From Leptogorgia sarmentosa (lineage: Eukaryota), in NCBI GenBank assembly GCA_964658305.1, contig OZ210885.1, forward strand, positions 13,020,001 through 13,084,000: a DNA stretch of 64,000 nt, in the 5' to 3' direction. Both the position numbers and the translations under genes were made by a program. The notes beneath the pieces are model-generated. The model had not been told where the DNA came from. It did no database searches and was given only the letters and a program-made list of their open reading frames with translations. This document shows positions 53,201 to 62,200 of this stretch, one piece after another (the stretch's first letter is position 1; every line of letters begins with the position of its first letter).

Positions 53201-56200
53201 AATCACCGTTCTCGCAATGACCACGAAGTGCCTCCACGAACAAACATTGAACAGAACCTAGTTTTGCTCCAAGTTTTGCACGTGCAAAACCCAAAAGGAG
53301 ATCGTGGAGACGGTAGCTCTTCTTTCCATGGATACCAGATCCTGAAAATTATCGTTAGACCATTCACTGCGAGTATTCTTTGTTACAGGACAGTACAGCA
53401 GTCTGGGGCCGCAGGCTGGCTATAGTACAATAATTTTTCGGATTTAGCATACCCCAGGGAGATGGAAGTATTTTCCCTTCAAGTCGATTAGTTGCTCATC
53501 TGGGAATGTCAGTGGAAAACACTGAAAACATTGGGAAAATGAACGGGCAAATTTGGATTGCCGACATACGGAATTAAATTGCGAACGTAATTACGATTAT
53601 AGCTGAATGATATATTTTTCTCAAACTTGTTTGACATTGGTTTGATCAAATGTTCAGCCTAACAACTTGTTGACAGTTAACATAAAGGTTAGGCAAAGGA
53701 GCTGCAGTAAAAAAAAATGTTTCAAAAACCTCACGTCGTTTTCGTCAATTTCATTTGATTATGGTGCAGGAAGCAACAGAAAATGTAGCGACCGCAAAAG
53801 TTTAAAAATAAGACATCATCACAGTTGGAAACAACATGCTGAAAATAGTCTGAATGCAAAGTTTGAAGAATAAAATTCATAAAATGGGGAAATTGTGCCC
53901 ATGCAAATTTCGCACAATTTACAAACTATTTATAACGCAGAAGTAATTTAATACCCAATTATCGTCTGAAATGGACATAATTTAGTTTGTGCTGATACAA
54001 TAGTACGCAAAATGAACTGTGTCTGGCAATGATATTCCCATTTTATGATATTTCTTCTTTAGACTTTGCAGTTATAGTAATTTTTGCACGCTATTTCCAA
54101 CTGTGGCGAAGATTTTTGTCTATTATCATGCACCCTGCCTTCATTTACCTTTTTGAATCATCGACTTCCTTTCGAGCTCATCAAGTATACGTCTTGCTTC
54201 ACGACGGCTGCACCAAGTTCTTCCGGCTACTTTGGAAGACCAAAACAGCTCAAGAATATCTGATGGTACATCCGTATCTTCTGGAAATAAAGCGAAATGT
54301 AGAAACTTTTCTCGTATTTCTTCGTCCAAATGTTGAAAGCTGGCGTTAATGGCTGTTAAGACGTTATCGTAAGGATAAGCTTCGGCGGGATATATTGAAC
54401 GTAATTTTAGCAAGTCTGCTTTTTGGAGGTCATTTAAAACGTCTTCCCAGTCTTGTTCGTCGCGAGTGTCGGCTAAACTTGAACCCACTAGGGACAGAGC
54501 TAGCGGTAGATCGCCACAATGGTTTAACAATTCCTCTATAATTCGCCGCATGTTTGAGCTAAACTCAGACTGCTCATCCTCGGTGACTTGGGCGCTTTGA
54601 TACAAGAGCTTGTAAGATCCAGTCCGTTCTAAAAAATTGAGTGTATACAAAGCAGAACCTTGTAAACCGCGGACAACTTCAGAATTCCTTGTAGTTATCA
54701 ATAATTGGCATTTTCCAGAGAGATGATCAAATAGAGAAGCGTGGTTTACACTCCAAACATCATCAAGAATCACCAAGCAATCTTTGTCACTCTGCAATAC
54801 ATAGAAAACTGCTTTACATACTGTCGCTGTGCTGATGCTTTTCGACTTTCTTGGGTAAAATTAACTGGGTCGAAGCTGAAGCAACGTTGCCACTGCTTCA
54901 GAATTATCAATAGATGGGTAGCAAAATCGATAATGTGAGAAGGCACATTCATATATCCGCGTTTACAAAGTTCAAAGACACTAGATTTCGAAAAAGTCAT
55001 TAAGAATACGAATATACATGAATATGATCCCCGCGCATTATCGGGCTATGCATGGCACTGATTGAACGGGTGACCCTCACCTAGTGTATCCTCGTCTTTG
55101 TCATTGGCATACTGTAAGTGGTAAAAAGCTTACGTATGTGTTCGTTGCTTTGCAACGAAAAAACCTGATATCCATCTCATCACGCTAATCACTTTCTCTA
55201 TTTTCCTCTTATGGCGGAATCAGTGAATTTTAGATAACGCGCTATTTGCATCACCAGTAACTTTTGACAACAATTTTGTGTAATAATGCAATAAATGAGT
55301 ATTACAAAAAGTTAAAATAATGCACACATACCGTGTTTGCTGAGACCCAGGATTGCGCTGCCCGGATGTCAGTGAACGCGGCTTCGCCACCAAGAACTTT
55401 TATGAGCAGGTTAATGAGTGATAAGCAGTCAGGAGTTTCTCCAACATCAAGCCATATTACCTGACGACATTGTTTGACAGTCCAAGCGACAGCCAGAGCT
55501 AAGATGGTCTTACCCAGACCCCCCATACCACGAATACCAACGACGTCGCCGCTACGATTCCCGACCACACCAACTCGATTATTTCCTTCTGTAAGTAGTT
55601 TCAATATGTCGTTCACTTCTGATGGTCTTTCCACCATGTCACGAGGTAGATTGCGTAATCCATACGCAACTACAATATAAAATAAAGGGAATATCCTGGA
55701 TGAATACAACTAAACAGGGATGGATCTACAATTCCCGTGCAAAATGAGACTTTAGCTATTTCAAACATTTTTCTCATATTCACATGCACACATGAATTTA
55801 TCCAGATCTACTTCAATTTTTTTTAATAATTCCCCCCTTCCCCCTTTACCAATTCGGCCTGGATCTTTTTGAACAAACCAGATGGCGTGATATCGTTGTT
55901 CCAAGATTGTTTCAGGGGGGAATGAGGGACAAGTAGTTAGTCTGAACAATTTTTGCACGCGATTGATCCCGTGCGAAAATAAGGAGACATTACCTACTTC
56001 AAACATTTTTTCTCATTTTAACACATTTATACAAATGTACTTCATTTTTTTTTAATAATTCCCCCCTTCCCCCGTTAACAATGTTGCCTGGATCTTTTTG
56101 AGCAAACCAGGTGGTGTGATATCGTTGTTACAATATCGTTGTTACCATCTTTTTCAACGTATCGCAAAAATGGCGGAAGGTCGTGTTTTGACTGGGCCTG

Positions 56201-59200
56201 CAGGGTTGTCTTGAAGGGTTCAAGCCAATCTTTATAACTGTGCTTTATAACTGTGCTTTATAGGTTTACTTATGTTGGCAATCGAATTAGATGGATTGTT
56301 ACTTTCGAGACGTTGAAAATATTTACGAAAAATGCCATTGGTCAGGAGGGTAAATGGATTTCATCCGGTGGCAAATATAAGAAATTTCTGAACTCCAAAT
56401 CTGACCTATTATCACATGGAATCATGCTGACCTTCAAAGGTAATGTGGGAGATCACTAAAAAGAACTGTTTTTTGATATTTACTCAATGATCGAGGTCAA
56501 TCCGACGAATAATATAGGCTTTGAACCTGGCTGTTTGAGAAAAGACAAATTGTTGCATTGCGACCAAATCATGTCCGGAGCTGATGGAAAATTCATAAAG
56601 CGTGGTAGTGCTAAATGTGAATGCGAGGTAGTAACACATACTTCGAACATTTCAAATCTTGAAGAACTACAGGAAATTGTTGACCGATCTCATGAAGTGT
56701 GTTGCCCCGAAGTGGCAACATTAACGTGTCCGTTGAAAGAATTGATGTTTATAAAAAGCAATTCTAGTCTGTTGGAAAAGACCCCCTTGTTTTTTTTCCA
56801 AATTATAATTTAATTTGTTTTTGTTTTTTCTACATTATAAGTACCCAAGCAATGTGTAAGTAACCAAAAACGTTTTACCTTAAGCCGCTTAATGAAGTTG
56901 AGAGCGATTTAAAAATTGTCTTTTGATACATCCTATATTAACGTATCATTTTAGTTACGCTATCTCGTGCCATTGTCCATATTTTAAAAGGCATTATTGC
57001 ATGTTAATTGCTCAGGTGATTAGAAATATATTTTGATTTGCTGACTTTCTAAAATGCCGTGAATCTCATTATTTTGCGCCGTGTTGAAATTAAAAACTAC
57101 TGCATTGTGGTGCATACGCATCTATGCAAGTGTTTGTTGGAAATATTAAATCTGTGCGTTATTGTTTGATAGTGAGCAGAGCTTTTGCTGTTTATAAACA
57201 ATTATTGGATGAGGCTGAGCATGATATCAAGAATTATTCAGACCGAGGTCAATGTTATCTGCCGCAGCGAAGCTGAGGCGGATAACATTGACCGAGGTCT
57301 GAATAATTCTTAATATCATGCGAAAGCCGAATCCAATAATTGTTTTATTATACATTTAAAACACACGGTAATTTGGAGAGTTCACTTTCATTCAGCGAAG
57401 CAAATCTGCTGCTGGCCATTGTTTGTTTGTTTTTTCGCGCGCTTTTAGCTTCAAGCTTTTGACAGCGCTGGGGCTTGGGCACGAGAGAGTCCAATAATTT
57501 TTTTTTTGGATGCAAGTTCGATCCAAAAAAATAATTATTGGACGCTGATGACGTCATCGGCGGAAAATACGTAATAAATGCCGAATACTGAGAATTAGCC
57601 GGTGCTTTCTGACCAATCAGGAACGAGAATAAATATTAAATGTATAATAATTGTTGTTATTATACATTTAAAATTTATTCTCGTTCCTGATTGGTCAGAA
57701 AGCATCGGCTAATTCTCAGTATTCGGTATTTATTACGTATTTTCCGCCGATGACGTCATCAGCGTCCAATAATTATTTTTTTGGATCGAACTTGCATCCA
57801 AAAAAAAAATTATTGGACTCTCTCGTGCCCAAGCCCTTGCGCTGTCAAAAGCTTGAAGCTAAAAGCGCGCGAAAAAACAAACAAACAAACAATGGCCGGC
57901 GGCAGATTTGCTTCGCTGAATGAAAGTGAACTCTCTTTTAAATGTATAATAAAACAATTATTAGATTCGGCTTTCGCATCATATCAAGAATTATTCAGAC
58001 CTCGGTCAATGTTATCCGCCTCAGCTTCGCTTCGGCAGATAACATTGACCTCGGTCTGAATAATTCTTGATATCATGCTCAGCCTCATCCGATAATTGTT
58101 TATTGTTATCCGTTACACCTGAACTGTAGCTACATGTTGAAACATGTTATCATGAATTTATTAAACTTGTTGTCACAAACTATTCCAGAGGGGGAGAAGA
58201 AATATGAACTGCACGGTCCGCAGGGTTTGCCCGTGGAAAGTAGCCATTGAATATAGAATAAAATGCTTGCATGCTACAAAGATTTAGATGGAAATTAACA
58301 TAACAGTGCAATAGAATAAAACGTAAGATACAATTACGCTCTTCCTGTTCTATTAACCCTTCGCAGGTTGGAACTTGTACATAAAAATCTTGTACAAAAC
58401 TTATCCGGAACTTTTCACAACAACATTCGATCCCGATTTACCCTGTAATTATTAATATATTCTTTAGATAGGACGCCTTGTCAATCCTAATTTTACCTGT
58501 TTAATGCTTGTATAAAATTATATTAGTTACCCCAGTAGTTTGTATATTTTTAGTCAGGCTGACACCGTGCATTGGATCCAGTCCCGTTCTCGTGTATTTA
58601 GTATGTTTGTTACTGAATGACAGTCAATATCATAAATCAAAATGATAATGAGGTATTTTAGGACATAAATCAAAAGAAGGAGCATTTAACTACTATCAAC
58701 AACATTTAAGCATTCTTGTCGCAATTAAGTTGCGTCAACTTTTCACGAGCGTTTTTTATTTGGTTGTGACCTTCGCAGTTAACCCGCCCAACATTAAAAT
58801 TCATTTTTTAGTGATGATGAGTGCGACAGCGCGTACTGCACTGCCAATGCTTTCGGATTCCCACTAAATCTGGGAAGTGTTAGAAGACATGTTGCATTCC
58901 TGTTGCCGTTTACTCTAACGAGATATTTTCCTGCAAGAAATTCTTAGAAACAGAACGTTGAAGACCGGGAAGGTTCGTGAGGGAAAAATTTTGAAAATTG
59001 AATGGCTGCCTAATACTCGGTAAATTTTGCTGCATAATATACTCTGTATAAATAGTTTCCCATCTTTCCTAGTTAATTGAAACACTACCTTTTTTCTCTG
59101 CAAAATCTGAATGCTCCGTCCTCGGCTTTTTCTGACGACATTCGATTTCATCTGTTTTCTCCGCCAGACGTTTAAGCTCCCTTGAATGATGTTCAAATTT

Positions 59201-62200
59201 CTCAGCTGCAGACCTTTCAATCTCTTTCATTTTGGATTGTATGTTATCGAGTTTCTCCATCACTGGATTTAACTGAACAGATAAAATTGATTTAGTAATA
59301 TTCAATTTACAGGGTGAAACAAATTTGAAATCACTCTCAACTTCACAAAGCGGTTTAAGGTGTGTGATGTAATAATAGTTATAATCTAACGTTATTAGTA
59401 TAGGTAATAGTATGGTTTCGAGTGCAATTTGGAAAAACATGCAGGAGTAAGTTTTTCAAAGACATTCAAAATTGCACGAGTCCAAAGGACGAGTGCTATT
59501 TGAAGTCTTTGAAAAGCTCATGAGTGTATGTTTTTTCCAAATTGCATGAGAATTTAAATAGAATATACTTGTCTCGCTTTGCTCTGCCGCTAATATACGG
59601 AGATGTTTTGCTTGTCCATCGAGCACTTACTTGAACGAAGAGAAATCTCTGTCTTGTATTATAAAATGGTAGTCATCATCGACTGCTGTTAATATCACTT
59701 TTAAGTGTCTGGTTCATATTCATCGCCGTTTCTTTTTTAATTCGCAGTTTTCGTTCAGCATAAAAACAATCGAGCAAAATATATAATCTAACACCTGCTG
59801 CGGAACATTTTGTACTCGCGCTGTATTTCCTTTTCAATGCACCATTTTCTCCGCACAATCAACCGCAGGACTAGATATCTTTGGTGGTATTTTCATTTTT
59901 CGAACTATTTTTAAGCCCCTCTATCATTTGTCTGTTCCTAAAAGAATCTACCCAAGGAGGCAGCCATTTTTTCATCCTCGAATAATTTCATATTTTGTTA
60001 TTGTTCGCCAGAGATGGCTTAATCTGATTGGCTAGCTTTGTAATCTCAGCCAATCAGAAGGCATAAACATCTGAAGAAATTTGCACTGAATTTCTTTTTT
60101 TGGGACTGAATTTCCTTTTTTTGGCACTGTATTTCCTTAAAATTGCACTGCTCTCAGCCAATCAGATTCGAGAATTTTTTTCATGTATATTTATAAGATT
60201 AGAGATTAGGATGAGTATGTAAATTAATGAGACAAAATAATGAGCCGAGGACAGAGTTCGTGGTGCTGTGGACGACCTGACAAGTAAAGAGGGCAGGGTC
60301 ACGCAAGGATTCGAGAAGAATTAGTTGGAATTGAAAGCGTGTATCGAGGTGACTATAAACAATCTTAGCCGAGAAGAGTAAAGTAAAATTGTTAGTTCTT
60401 GAATGAAAAAAAGGTGACGAAGCGTATAACTAGCGTGGGGTGAACTAAGCTCGAAAACTTAAAAGAATCAACTACGGTCTGATGTCCTGAAGTTTAAAGA
60501 CAGTCGTTCTATACTTGGAGTGCTCTAGTCGATAAACGGTGGAGTTATATCCAACTCTCGCCCAGCAAAGGTTAGAAACCGAAGCCAGTCGCTTAAACAG
60601 TTAATTCCCAAATTAAATAGAATTACTGAAGGAGAACTTGAAGGCAATTACTGAGAAAGTCAAGAATCCTCGGGATAAAAACTACGCATTGTTGCTAGCT
60701 GAAGAGAGAAGACTGAAACTCTGTGGACTTGTTTTGTTTGAACTGCGACGCACGCCCGTGTGCTTAACCGTCTGAGCTTTATCAATATTTTCCTGACTTT
60801 AATGGTTGGGATTTTAGAGAAAGGGAAAATTGCTTCGCCGATCTTTGACGGGCTACCCACATGTACGTTATGCGTACCTATTTTTTCCTCTCTTATAAAT
60901 TGGCCCTTTTTTCTCAAAATTTTCGAATTGCCATCGAATAATTTTTACCTCACTGTGAGGACGAAATATTCCAATGTTTGGTCGACACAGATGTAAAGTC
61001 GAATACGAGCTAAAATTTTTGTGACGACATTATACATAAGGTCTATTGAAATTTGACATGCAAGTTTCCTAGTTTGTAAACTTTTCAGAAATTTGTAGTT
61101 CAACGTTGGAACCTCAATAGCATTTTTGCAAGGAAAAATAATTGTTATCTATCAACATTTAGGTTTATTTTTGCCTATGAGAATGGCTAAATTGTTTTGC
61201 TTAATGGGGTGTCCCAGCCCCTTGGGCTAGTTTTTTCCCCCGTAAAAGAGTATTTTATTTATCAGTAATTGATATGTAGTGTGTTTTATTTATCAGTACA
61301 CGCTTCGTTCTAAGTATTCTATTGCAAACGTGTCCCCAAAAAGTATGCACATGTTTGACTTGGAACGTTTAACGGGTAAAGCAAAACTCATAAAAACAGC
61401 ATTATCGAAAAAAAGCTCAGATTGCGTTCCACGCTGAAAATTTGCACTCGCTCGCATTTGAAACATGTCTTATATTAATTTGTACTGCGTCTTCCTACTT
61501 ATTCAACGACTGTTAAATGAAACATCAAAAGTTCCTCAAACCTTTGTGGCGTCCAAATCGCAGTTTTTGATACAACGGCAAAGTTCAGCTACACTTTCTG
61601 CAATTAGTTTTGCGTGACGACCATCAACAAGAATGTCTGGAAATAATGAAGAAAATTTATCTTGAGTATCGCAAACACTATAAATATACCGCTGCTAATG
61701 CGCGTAGCACGAAGGATACATGAAAAAGCATGCCCTGCTGCCCATATATTTGATAAGCATGGTCTGTTGTCGTTATTAGCAAACTTCAATATGCGGCCAG
61801 TGTAGTGGATAAGGGATAACAACATCAGCAAGCAGCACATGTCCTACCCACTACCTAAACAATGCAAATAGGTTGGACGTTTTGAGTAAAGTAGATTTTT
61901 TGCATGATATAGACATAGACAAAATTTCGAAATAGTACAATCCAGAGCAACAGCGTTAAAGAGTATCACAAAGTTAGTAAAACTGTAAAGTCTGGTTGAG
62001 AAATGTTTTAAAATGCGAAAAATATGACCCTGTAAAGTTTTAAATTTTGTATATTTTAGTATTACCCATGCATTTATATCCTTATCGAGAAAAGTCTATG
62101 AATTTTGCGTGCCTAATACTAAAATGAAAAAATTGGCAAAATTGCGTTAAACATTCCCGACTTTTGAATGATTGAAGTTTTGAACACAAATGTCCAACTG

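Noticed and set aside
60200..60960. Purine-rich plus-strand stretch resembling a decayed retroelement gene
   Set aside because: Many stops and no diagnostic motif or LTR pair.
60949..61009. Candidate 61-nt exon (ttttag...GAG|gtaaaa) between exons 1 and 2
   Set aside because: It would end in phase 2, which fits neither acceptor of exon 2.
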